From NCBI GenBank assembly GCA_965223845.1, contig CBDCXR010000004.1, forward strand, positions 5,760,001 through 5,824,000: a stretch of DNA of 64,000 nucleotides. Reading direction: 5' to 3'. Both the position numbers and the translations under genes were made by a program. Every line of letters begins with the position of its first letter. The stretch's first letter is position 1. A model generated the notes under the pieces. It made no database searches, was not told the DNA's origin, and worked only from the letters and a program-made list of their open reading frames with translations. This DNA is from Planctomycetota bacterium. GTDB lineage: Bacteria; Planctomycetota; UBA8108; SXIK01. Of the stretch, positions 31,040 through 39,397 are shown one piece after another.

Positions 31040-31510
31040 GATCGCTATCGGCGGTCGTTCGGAAACCGCTTTGAACGAGCGGTTTGAAAGCGGCTGGCGG
31101 GCGGACCGCTCCTGCCCTGTCGGCGAGCGGAAAGGACGCGTCATCCCAGCTCGATCGGCGATGATCCGGGCGGCAACACCACTGGAGTTCGGGTCGATCG
31201 CTCTTCTTCTGATGAGTTCTTATCCAATTGCATCGAGATCATCATCAGGGCGGAAGATCCTGTTGAATTCTCGATCGCTTCACGAGTCAACGCGAACGCC
31301 TATAAGGCATTAGGAGAAGATCACCACCGTGGAAAACCGGTCGAGAAAGCGGCCCGTCGAGGGCCGGAAGAAGACGAATTGGCCGATCGATGGTCGACCG
31401 AGACCGACTTCGGTATTCCGCGAGCCGAGCGCGCACCGGCCCCGAGCCGACGACGCGTCGTTCCTTCGACCGGAATTCAACAGCCCGCTGGCAGAGATCC
31501 CTCAGCCGAG

Positions 31511-32890
31511 TCAGCGCCCGCAGCGGCATCGGCGGAGGACTTCTTGCCGAAGGGCTTCGAGCGTCACGGACTCACTCGCGGTGGATCGCCGACGCCGCTC
31601 GGCGCGCCGGACGGAGTAGACGACCGTCGAGTGATCCCGGCCGCCGAAGTGAAGCCCGATCTGCGAGAGGGAGAGATCGGTGAGTTCCCGAGCGAGCCAC
31701 ATGCCTACCTGGCGTGCGCGCACGAGGCGCCGCGTCTTGGTGCGCGCAAGGAGCTCGCGCGACTTGAGACCGTAGTGTTCCTGCGTGATCTCGAGAATGC
31801 TCGCCATCGTGAGCGAGTCGTTGTTCGTCTTCGCGGCGCTAAGGCGATCACCGAGGAGTTCACGAGCCGTCTCGAGGCAAAGATCTTCGCCGGCGTGAGC
31901 GATGAGCTCTCGGATCACTCCGCCGAGCTCGTGGAAGCCGCCCGGAAGCTCGCTCGCGACGAGCTCGACGACCTCGGGCGGAAATTCGACCGCGAGTGAG
32001 CTCGCGGTGGCGCTGACGTACGCAGCCTTCATCGCGGCGGTCGGAAGGTCCATCCGGACAGCGAATCCCGATCGCAACCGCGAGCCGAGTGGACCCTCGA
32101 ATCCCGTCAGCTCGAACGGAGAGCGGCGCGCCGAGATGAACGTCTGCGCCCCGCGCGCCTCGGCGTCGTTCAAGATATGGTAGAGACATCGCTGGCAGCC
32201 GAGTTTCTCGGCGAGGTCATCCACGTCATCGACGATGAGAATGTGCGCCGCTCCGAAGGTATCGCGGAAGGAGTCGACCTGCCGGCGTTCTGCGCTCGCA
32301 ATGTAGTGGTTCGCGAAGGCTTCGGCGGTGAGCGCGAGTACCGAGAGGGAAGATTGAGCGGAGATTCGGCTCTCCACGGCGCGGAGAAGTCGCGACTTTC
32401 CCGTTCCGTGATCGCCGTGAAGGTAGAGGAGCCTCGCCGTGGAGCTTCTCTCGCGAGATCGAGCGGCGGAGTTGTCCGAGGCTCCATTCGCGATGTCGTC
32501 CCACTCGTCGCAGGCGGAAACACAGGCCGCGTGGGCGTCACGATTCGCCTCACCGACTAGGATCGAGTCGAACTCGAAGCCGCTGAGCTCGCCGCGCGAA
32601 CTCGAGCTCGCCGTCCCTTCGGTCGACTCGGCTGCGAACGCGCGCGCGACGCGCGGATGCACGCGAAACTCGAACCGCGGCTCCGTATCGAGAACGGTCT
32701 TCCCCGAGCGGCGAAGATCGTCGAGGTAGTGTCGCTGAATCCACGTACCGTGAAACGTATTCGGGGTCGTCAGCACGAAGCGGTCCGGCTGTTCGAATAC
32801 GCACGCGGTGTTCGCGAACCAATCGGCAAAATCGTTCGGACCGATCGAGCTCCGCAGCTGACGATAGAGTGTCTGGGGCGGGTCCTTCAT
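31511..32890 (-). CDS. dnaA: chromosomal replication initiator DnaA (divergent)
   Basis: Domain I FADWF...PNTFHGTWI; Walker A GDHGTGKS; Walker B LIVDD; domain IV RARQVGMWLARELTDLSLSQIGLHFGGRDHSTV; synteny with dnaN-gyrB-gyrA. Confidence 0.9.
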   Translation of the reverse strand: MKDPPQTLYRQLRSSIGPNDFADWFANTACVFEQPDRFVLTTPNTFHGTWIQRHYLDDLRRSGKTVLDTEPRFEFRVHPRVARAFAAESTEGTASSSSRGELSGFEFDSILVGEANRDAHAACVSACDEWDDIANGASDNSAARSRERSSTARLLYLHGDHGTGKSRLLRAVESRISAQSSLSVLALTAEAFANHYIASAERRQVDSFRDTFGAAHILIVDDVDDLAEKLGCQRCLYHILNDAEARGAQTFISARRSPFELTGFEGPLGSRLRSGFAVRMDLPTAAMKAAYVSATASSLAVEFPPEVVELVASELPGGFHELGGVIRELIAHAGEDLCLETARELLGDRLSAAKTNNDSLTMASILEITQEHYGLKSRELLARTKTRRLVRARQVGMWLARELTDLSLSQIGLHFGGRDHSTVVYSVRRAERRRRSTASESVTLEALRQEVLRRCRCGR

Positions 32891-33666
32891 GATCGATCCT
32901 CCCGATCCGACCGGCGAACGCGCGGCGCCTTGCCTAGACGCGGTTCGCGGAATCCGGGAGGGAAACGCTACGAATCAATGAGACGATGCGGACGCGCACG
33001 CGACACCAGCGCGCCGACGACTGGGACACCACTGGTGTTGGCCATCGCCGCGGCGGATCGTGTCTGCCGCAAGGAGACCCGAGTCGCGCTACCACCAAAA
33101 CCTGAACTCCACCTGTCGGTTGAGAGCTTCCGAACTTGCTTCGCAGCCGCGAGCTCTTTTCTGCGAAGTTTCCGCCGGACCCTCCGTCACGATCACCCAC
33201 TCTACGGGCAGAGAGAGACCTCGCACGACGCATCCGAAGAGTGGAAGCGAACGGAGAAACCCTCGGTACAAGGAGTGGAAAACCGCGACCGCGCCTCGAT
33301 CGGACTGCGAGCAGGATTCGAAAGATCGAGAGCCACAACTCACCGTTCGCGTTCGAGTTTGCGGTAGAGTAGCGCTCGATTCGAAACGCCCGAGCGGGCG
33401 AGTCACCGAAGTCGGCGGGGATCGTAGCATCCGGCTCGCAGGGAGGCAACACGACGCACTCGCATGTCGCGGAAGCCTTCGGTGACGTCGTCGTCGCATG
33501 GTTGACGCGCCGAGAGAGCGTCGGAAACTGGCCAAACGTTCGAGCGGGACGATAGGATTCGAGAGTCGGTGGATCGGCGATGCGAAGAGCGCGTCTCGAT
33601 GTCCATCCGTCTTCGAGCCGAGTGATGATCTCAGCGCGGTAGAGTCGGACGAGGAAACCGGACGAC

Positions 33667-34164
33667 GTGAACGTCCAGAGCGGTGATTTTTCCTTCGACG
33701 AATTCGTGCCCGTCGAGGTGATGCGGCTCGTCGTCCGCGAGGACGAAGGCGAACAGAGCCTCGTCTTTCTTCGCGAAAGCCACGGAGAGACATTCTTTCC
33801 GCTCGCGATTGGATTCTGCGAAGCCGCCGCTCTCGAGCGGCTTCTCGCCGAAGAGCGAGGTTCGGCGCCGACCGTTCGGCCGCTGACCCACGAGCTGCTC
33901 GTCCGTGCGATAGAGGGCTTGCGAGCTCACGTCGAACGGGGCATAATCACGCGGCTCCAACAGGAGACCTTCTTCGCACAACTCGTGCTCCGACCACCGG
34001 ATGCGTCGATCTCGGACTCGCCGAACAAAGCGCCCGGGGAGCGTTTAGAGGTCTACCTCGACGCGAGGCCCAGCGATGTGATCTGCGCCTCGCTCGTCGC
34101 CCGCTGTCCGCTCTACGTCCACCGCGCGCTCCTCGAGCGAATTTCCGGGGGCGATGAGACTTGA
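33667..34164 (+). CDS. bifunctional nuclease family protein (DUF151)
   Basis: PLAIGFCEA, RPLTHELL, DARPSD motifs. Confidence 0.88.
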   Translation: MNVQSGDFSFDEFVPVEVMRLVVREDEGEQSLVFLRESHGETFFPLAIGFCEAAALERLLAEERGSAPTVRPLTHELLVRAIEGLRAHVERGIITRLQQETFFAQLVLRPPDASISDSPNKAPGERLEVYLDARPSDVICASLVARCPLYVHRALLERISGGDET

Positions 34165-34235
34165 TCGACGGCGGTCGAGACCGACTCTGGTCGCCACGGA
34201 CCCGAGAGCAGCGAAGTCGATCATGGAACTACGGC

Positions 34236-34329
34236 GGAGAGGTGGCTGAGCGGTCGAAAGCGGCGGATTGCTAATCCGTTGTACTGGTCAAGACCGGTAC
34301 CCCGGGTTCGAATCCCGGCCTCTCCGCCA
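34236..34329 (+). tRNA. tRNA-Ser (GCT)
   Basis: Acceptor GGAGAGG/CCTCTCC, G73, encoded CCA; anticodon arm GCGGA-TTGCTAA-TCCGT; long variable arm; GGTTCGAATCC. Confidence 0.97.
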
Positions 34330-34446
34330 GCTTTTCTCGGCGGTCTCACGTCGAGAAATGCTGAGTGGCAGTGCTCGATTCGACGGGCTCGCTCGGTCCG
34401 CGTGGGGGCACGCGCATCCCACGGGGGGACCTCCTGCGGGCCGGTT

Positions 34447-34956
34447 TCAAGCGGAACGAGGGTTGTCCGGGGCGGCGGGAGCGGGCATGCGAACACCGAT
34501 GACCGTTCCTTCGTAGACGAGCCGCCCGTCGACAACACCCTGGGTCTCGAACTTCGACCCCCGCGCGGTCAAGACGAGTGGTCGAGCGGCGAGGAGGAGA
34601 TCGTCGCCCGGGCCGACCGCGCCGCGAAAGCGGACAGACTCGAGCCCGCCGAAGCCGAAGAAGCCGTCCGAGAAGCCCGCCTTCCCGGAGAAGAAGGAAC
34701 ACAGTTGCGCGGCGGCTTCGACGATGAGCACACCGGGAAAGAGCGGTTGGCCGGGTATGTGTCCGCGGCGCCAGAACTCATCGTCGCCGATTCGCCGCAG
34801 GCCGACGATCGTCTTCCCCTCGAGGTCGAGGTGGAGGATGCCGGTGAGTTGCTCGAATTCGAACCGCTGTGCGTTGTAACGGCGGATTTCGTCGATGGAG
34901 TAGACGAATCTGTCGGGGTCGAGTGACTCGAGATCGAAGAAGAGCTTTCGCGCCAT
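34447..34956 (-). CDS. fabZ: 3-hydroxyacyl-ACP dehydratase, FabZ/FabA family
   Basis: GHIPGQPLFPGVLIVEAAAQ, VRFRGAVGPGD. Confidence 0.85.
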   Translation of the reverse strand: MARKLFFDLESLDPDRFVYSIDEIRRYNAQRFEFEQLTGILHLDLEGKTIVGLRRIGDDEFWRRGHIPGQPLFPGVLIVEAAAQLCSFFSGKAGFSDGFFGFGGLESVRFRGAVGPGDDLLLAARPLVLTARGSKFETQGVVDGRLVYEGTVIGVRMPAPAAPDNPRSA

Positions 34957-35250
34957 CGCTGGACTCCGCCGGAACGAACACGAGCGGTCCCGACCGATCC
35001 GGCGGGCCGGAGCCGGGCGCCCGGGAGGAGGAATCCCGCACAGTTTCCTAGCCTCGGGCCAGGACTTCCAGCCGGATCGCCGCTCCTACCGCGGAGTTCA
35101 GTGCTGCGCCGGGGCCGCTCGGCACCTCGCGGACCGCCGCGAACCGCCGGGCGGAGTGGATCCCTCCGAGATCCGGGGGGTAGAATCGATAAGGCTCCGA
35201 CTCTCTCCAACGTTCCGCCGCACCCACCCCCTCTCCCGCCGAATCGAACT

Positions 35251-36570
35251 ATGCCGAAACTCGCACTCCAGATGCGGCCACCGTCCTCCGCCGCCGATGT
35301 CGCGACCGAAGTCTCGGAGCTCAGCTTGAGCGGATTCATCGACGCGCAGAACTACGCGAAGTTCGAGCGCGGCCTCGAGGACGCCTACGCGACCGGCGGT
35401 CGCTTTCTCGTTCTCGATTTTTCGGGCGTGCACTACATCAACAGCACCGGGATCAGCGCGCTCATCCGTTTCTTCGAGCTCTACCGCGAGCGCGAGGGAC
35501 TGCTCTGTCTCGCGAGCGTCGCGAAGTCGGTCGGGCTTTCGATGCATCTTCTCGGCGTGACGAGCTTGATCCCGTTCTTGAAGGATCTCGAGACGGCTCA
35601 CGCCCACATCCAGAATTTCATCGCGGCACCGGAAGGAACGGCACCCGTCGTTCCGAGCCCGCCTGAGAGCGCGGAAGCGCAAACCGGCGCCGAGGCCGAT
35701 CCGCCCGCGCGCCGCTTCGTACCGCTTCGCCAGCGGCGGATTCCGGGCCTTCAGCGCGCTCGCGTCGTCGTCATTACGCCGTCGAAGTCGCGCTTCACGC
35801 GCGTTCTTCGCCTGCGATTCAAAACTCTGAACGGCGATTACCATCTCTTCCACGACACGACGTCAGCTCTCGCCAAGTACCGGGAGATTTCCCCCGATCT
35901 CGTCGTCGTCGATCAGCGCTGCGACCCGCGCGGAGACTTTGTCAATCGCGTGAAGATCGAGGAGGAGAAGAGCCTCACTTCGATCATCAAGCTCTACACG
36001 AACTCCTCGGAGGTCGAGCGCGGACTCGACTTCAAGATTTGGGAGAATGACTACCTCGTCGAGCCCTTCGAGGTCCTCCAGCTCTTCAGCCTCACCGAAG
36101 CCGAGCTGGCCCGCCTCCCGAAGGATCGGCGCGTGCTCCTCCAGCAGATCCGATTCGAGTTCAAGACGCGCCCGGAGAACGTCGAGCGCGCGTACAAGCT
36201 GAGCGATCTCATCGTGCGCCAGGCGATCGTCGTCGACGAGGACGCGACCGCGATGTATGCGGCGGTGAAAGAGGGCATCGACAACGCGGTGACGCACGGC
36301 AACCGGTCGGACTCGGAGCTCTCGGTCGACGTCAATTTCCTCGTCGATCGAAACAAGCTCACCGTGATCATCGAGGATCGTGGTGAAGGCTTCGACTACG
36401 AGTACTACCTCTCGCAGATCAACACGGACGAGGCTTTCGAGAAGATCAAGCGGCGCATCGTCGAAGAGCGCGTGCGCGGCGGACTCGGAATCCTCCTCAT
36501 GTGCAAGTGCACCGATCGGATCGAGTACTCCGGCACGGGGAATGTGCTTCGGCTCGAGAAGAACATTTGA
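35251..36570 (+). CDS. STAS (anti-anti-sigma), receiver-like and RsbW-type HATPase fusion
   Basis: LSGFIDA...LDFSGVHYINSTGI; PDLVVVD...DYLVEPF; EGIDNAVTHGN, IEDRGEGFD, RGGLGILLM. Confidence 0.88.
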   Translation: MPKLALQMRPPSSAADVATEVSELSLSGFIDAQNYAKFERGLEDAYATGGRFLVLDFSGVHYINSTGISALIRFFELYREREGLLCLASVAKSVGLSMHLLGVTSLIPFLKDLETAHAHIQNFIAAPEGTAPVVPSPPESAEAQTGAEADPPARRFVPLRQRRIPGLQRARVVVITPSKSRFTRVLRLRFKTLNGDYHLFHDTTSALAKYREISPDLVVVDQRCDPRGDFVNRVKIEEEKSLTSIIKLYTNSSEVERGLDFKIWENDYLVEPFEVLQLFSLTEAELARLPKDRRVLLQQIRFEFKTRPENVERAYKLSDLIVRQAIVVDEDATAMYAAVKEGIDNAVTHGNRSDSELSVDVNFLVDRNKLTVIIEDRGEGFDYEYYLSQINTDEAFEKIKRRIVEERVRGGLGILLMCKCTDRIEYSGTGNVLRLEKNI

Positions 36571-36679
36571 TCCGGAGATCTCCGTCGCGGCGATCGCCGT
36601 TGCAATCGTCGCCTGTCGCCTCTACTCTTCTCCCCCGCGAACGAGCGGACGACGGAAAGAGAAGGACGGAGACGCTGAG

Positions 36680-37222
36680 ATGGACGACCGCGAACGACTG
36701 AAGGAGCTCCTCGACGCCTGCGTGCAGACCGGCGATCTCACGCTCAGCTCGGGACGGCGCACCGACTTTTACTTCGACGGACGTCTCGTCTCGCTCACGC
36801 CGGAAGGTTCGACGCTCATCGCCCGGCTCGTTCTGGATGAACTTCGCGAGCTCGGTGCGACGGCGGTGGGAGGCCTTACGTCCGGTGCAGATCCGATTAC
36901 TTCGAGTGTCGGGGTGATCGCGCACCAAGCCGGCGTGCCTCTCCAGCTCTTCTACGTGCGAAAGGAAGCAAAAGCGCACGGAACCCAGAAGCGCGTCGAG
37001 GGTCCGCCGCTTCGGCCGGACGCGGTCGCCGTGCTCGTCGACGACGTGCTGACGACCGGCGGTTCGCTCGTGCGCGCGCGCGATGCGCTGCGCGACGAGA
37101 CGAGGATCGATGCGCGCGCCGCGGTCGTCGTCATCGATCGTGAAGAGGGTGGATCGGATGCACTCGCAGACACTGGAATTACCGTGCGATCCTTGTTTCG
37201 GAAGGCCGATTTTCAGGCTTGA
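36680..37222 (+). CDS. pyrE: orotate phosphoribosyltransferase
   Basis: LSSGRRTDFYFD, VRKEAKAHG, PRPP motif LVDDVLTTGGS. Confidence 0.94.
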   Translation: MDDRERLKELLDACVQTGDLTLSSGRRTDFYFDGRLVSLTPEGSTLIARLVLDELRELGATAVGGLTSGADPITSSVGVIAHQAGVPLQLFYVRKEAKAHGTQKRVEGPPLRPDAVAVLVDDVLTTGGSLVRARDALRDETRIDARAAVVVIDREEGGSDALADTGITVRSLFRKADFQA

Positions 37223-37247
37223 CGCGTTTTTGGGGCGCCCCGATAAT
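37219..37247 (+). promoter_or_regulatory. sigma70-type promoter of tRNA-Gly
   Basis: TTGACG-17 nt-GATAAT, 31 nt before the tRNA. Confidence 0.75.
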
Positions 37248-37278
37248 CGCCCCTCCCGCGGAGACGGCGGGAGCCACT

Positions 37279-37353
37279 GTGGGTGTAGCTCAGCGGTAGA
37301 GCATCGCGTTGCCAACGCGAATGTCGAGGGTTCAAATCCCTTCACCCACTCCA
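37279..37353 (+). tRNA. tRNA-Gly (GCC)
   Basis: Acceptor GTGGGTG/CACCCAC, U73, CCA; anticodon arm TCGCG-TTGCCAA-CGCGA; GGTTCAAATCC. Confidence 0.96.
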
Positions 37354-37360
37354 GAGTTCG

Positions 37361-37394
37361 AAGGAGAGGTCGCACCGGCGGTCTCTCCTTTTTT
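37361..37394 (+). terminator. Rho-independent terminator after tRNA-Gly
   Basis: AAGGAGAG...CTCTCCTT hairpin followed by a T run. Confidence 0.8.
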
Positions 37395-37541
37395 CGTGTT
37401 CGTCTCCCTTGCGGGCCGGCCGGTCGCACGTCTCCCCGCCGAGAAATGTTGCCAAGAATCAACCTCTGCGGAAGATGGAACATCCGTCTGCGCTTCGAAG
37501 AACGACCACTCGCTGTACGCGAATCACCTAGGAGGAGTTCG

Positions 37542-39260
37542 ATGTCGTCCCGTCGCCGCCCCAGCCGCGCCGCGCGGCTCTTCGCGATGTCGCTCGCCCT
37601 CCTCTCGGCGTTCGCATTCGGCCGAGACCGAGCCGATGCGGAACCGCAGCAAACGGGCGACGCCTCCTCGCGCCCGTCGCCGTCGCGGCTCACCGCGAAC
37701 GAAGATCCCGCTCCCGCGGACTCGCGGGCGGGCGAGCTCGTGATCCGTCTTCCGCGGAGGCCGGATTCGCTGAATCCCGTCACGATGAAACTCACGTACG
37801 CGCGGTGGATGTTCGAATACCTCTATTCGCCGCTCTACGCCTACGACAAGGTGGATGATCGGATCGTCCCCGAGCTCGCCGCCGCCCTCCCCGAGCAATC
37901 GAAAGACCGGCTCGTCTGGACCGTCCCGCTTCGTCGCGGCGCCAAGTTTCACGATGGCCGGCCGATCACTGCGCGCGACTTCGTCGCCACCTACGAGCTC
38001 CTTCAGAATCCGACGGTCGACTCGGAGCATCTCCGCACTCTCTTCTCGCGACTGCGCAAGGTCGAGGCGATCGATGAGTACACTCTTCGCTTCACCTTCA
38101 GCGAGCCGTGGGCATTCGCGATCACCTCGTTCGTAGATCTCGCTCCCGTTCCCGCCGGCGACATCGAGTCGCTCGCGAAACCGAGCGACTGGAACACCGT
38201 CGATCGAGCGGTCGGCTCGGGGCCGTATCGTCTCGAACGGTGGGAGAAAGGGGTTCAGATCGTATTCGTACGAAACGAGGAGTGGTTCGGGGACAAGCCC
38301 GGTCTCGAGCGAATCACGTGGAAGTACATCCACGAAGACCAGGCCGGCCTCACCGCGCTCCGCCGGGGCGAGCTCGACGCGACCTCCGTCCCGCCCGAGA
38401 TCTGGGAGCGAGAGATCAAGAACGACACGAAGATCCGCGCCAACTACCAGGTGCTCGAGTACTTTCGCCCGGTCTTTTTCTACGTCGGTTGGAACAATCG
38501 CCGTCCGCTCTTCTCCGACCGGAGAACACGGCGAGCGCTCACGATGCTGCTCGACATCCCGGCGATCAGCGAGGTCATGTTCTACGGCTCCTACGAGCAA
38601 GTGACGGGCCCCTTCTACTACCGCAGCGATCAGTACAATCACGAACTCGCGCCGCTCCCGCACGATCCGAGGCGGGCGGCTCGGCTCCTCCGCGAAGTGG
38701 GGTGGCGAGACACGGACGGCGACGGTGTTCTCGACAAAGACGGACAGCGCTTCGAGTTCGTGTTTCTGATCACGGCGGCGAATCCTCTCGTCGTCAAGCT
38801 GGGCACGGCGGTGAAGGAGTCGCTCAAGGTCGTCGGAATTCAAGTCGAGCTCCAGTCGATGGACGCCGGCGAGTACTTTCGCCAGGTACGCGAGCGGAAC
38901 TACGACTGCTGCGCGCTCGCGTGGTCGTGGTCGGGTGTCGACCACGACCCGTATCAGGTGTGGCACACGAGCGCGGGCGCCGTCGGCGGGCACAACCACT
39001 TCGGCTACTCGAACTCGGAGGCCGACCGACTCATGGAAAAGGCGCGTGGCGAGTTCGACGATGAGAAGAGAAACGCCCTCTATCGCGAGCTTCAGTCTGT
39101 GATCTACGCCGACCAGCCGTGTACCTTTCTCGTGACTCCTCGGCTTCGACTCCTCGTCGACAAGCGGTTTCGAAACGTCCGCGAGTACCGCGGTGGAATC
39201 GCTCCACGCATGGCCGACCGCTGGTGGGTGCCGAAGGGAAAGGAGACGCGCGGCCGGTGA
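37542..39260 (+). CDS. peptide/nickel ABC transporter substrate-binding protein (family 5)
   Basis: GGAGGAG RBS; PDSLNP, PELA, KFHDGRPITARDF, VGSGPYRL, GWRDTDGDGVLDKDG. Confidence 0.92.
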   Translation: MSSRRRPSRAARLFAMSLALLSAFAFGRDRADAEPQQTGDASSRPSPSRLTANEDPAPADSRAGELVIRLPRRPDSLNPVTMKLTYARWMFEYLYSPLYAYDKVDDRIVPELAAALPEQSKDRLVWTVPLRRGAKFHDGRPITARDFVATYELLQNPTVDSEHLRTLFSRLRKVEAIDEYTLRFTFSEPWAFAITSFVDLAPVPAGDIESLAKPSDWNTVDRAVGSGPYRLERWEKGVQIVFVRNEEWFGDKPGLERITWKYIHEDQAGLTALRRGELDATSVPPEIWEREIKNDTKIRANYQVLEYFRPVFFYVGWNNRRPLFSDRRTRRALTMLLDIPAISEVMFYGSYEQVTGPFYYRSDQYNHELAPLPHDPRRAARLLREVGWRDTDGDGVLDKDGQRFEFVFLITAANPLVVKLGTAVKESLKVVGIQVELQSMDAGEYFRQVRERNYDCCALAWSWSGVDHDPYQVWHTSAGAVGGHNHFGYSNSEADRLMEKARGEFDDEKRNALYRELQSVIYADQPCTFLVTPRLRLLVDKRFRNVREYRGGIAPRMADRWWVPKGKETRGR

Positions 39261-39397
39261 CTTCGTCCGCCGCCGCGCGCCCGTCCGTGATCGCTCTCGG
39301 GTGACGGCCTGCTCGCCCGAGCTTCAACGAAGATCGAAGAGCTAGCTCGAGACGTCCCCTGAAGAAACTCGATCGGACACTCTCTCGGCTCACCGGC

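Larger units (their letters stand above)
30812..31510. other. candidate replication origin (oriC)
   Basis: The one strongly AT-rich tract of the window (about 30815-31035), between dnaA and dnaN; DnaA-box-like 9-mers TTATCCAAT 31220-31228, TTTTCCACG (minus) 31328-31336, plus CTATCCACA 30649-30657 just outside. Confidence 0.65.

Noticed and set aside
31238-31246. ATCATCATC as DnaA-trios
   Set aside because: Polarity does not match the 3'-GAT-5' trio consensus and there are only three units.
34236-37353. Genomic island integrated at either tRNA
   Set aside because: No integrase and no duplicated tRNA 3' end seen; flanking genes are housekeeping.
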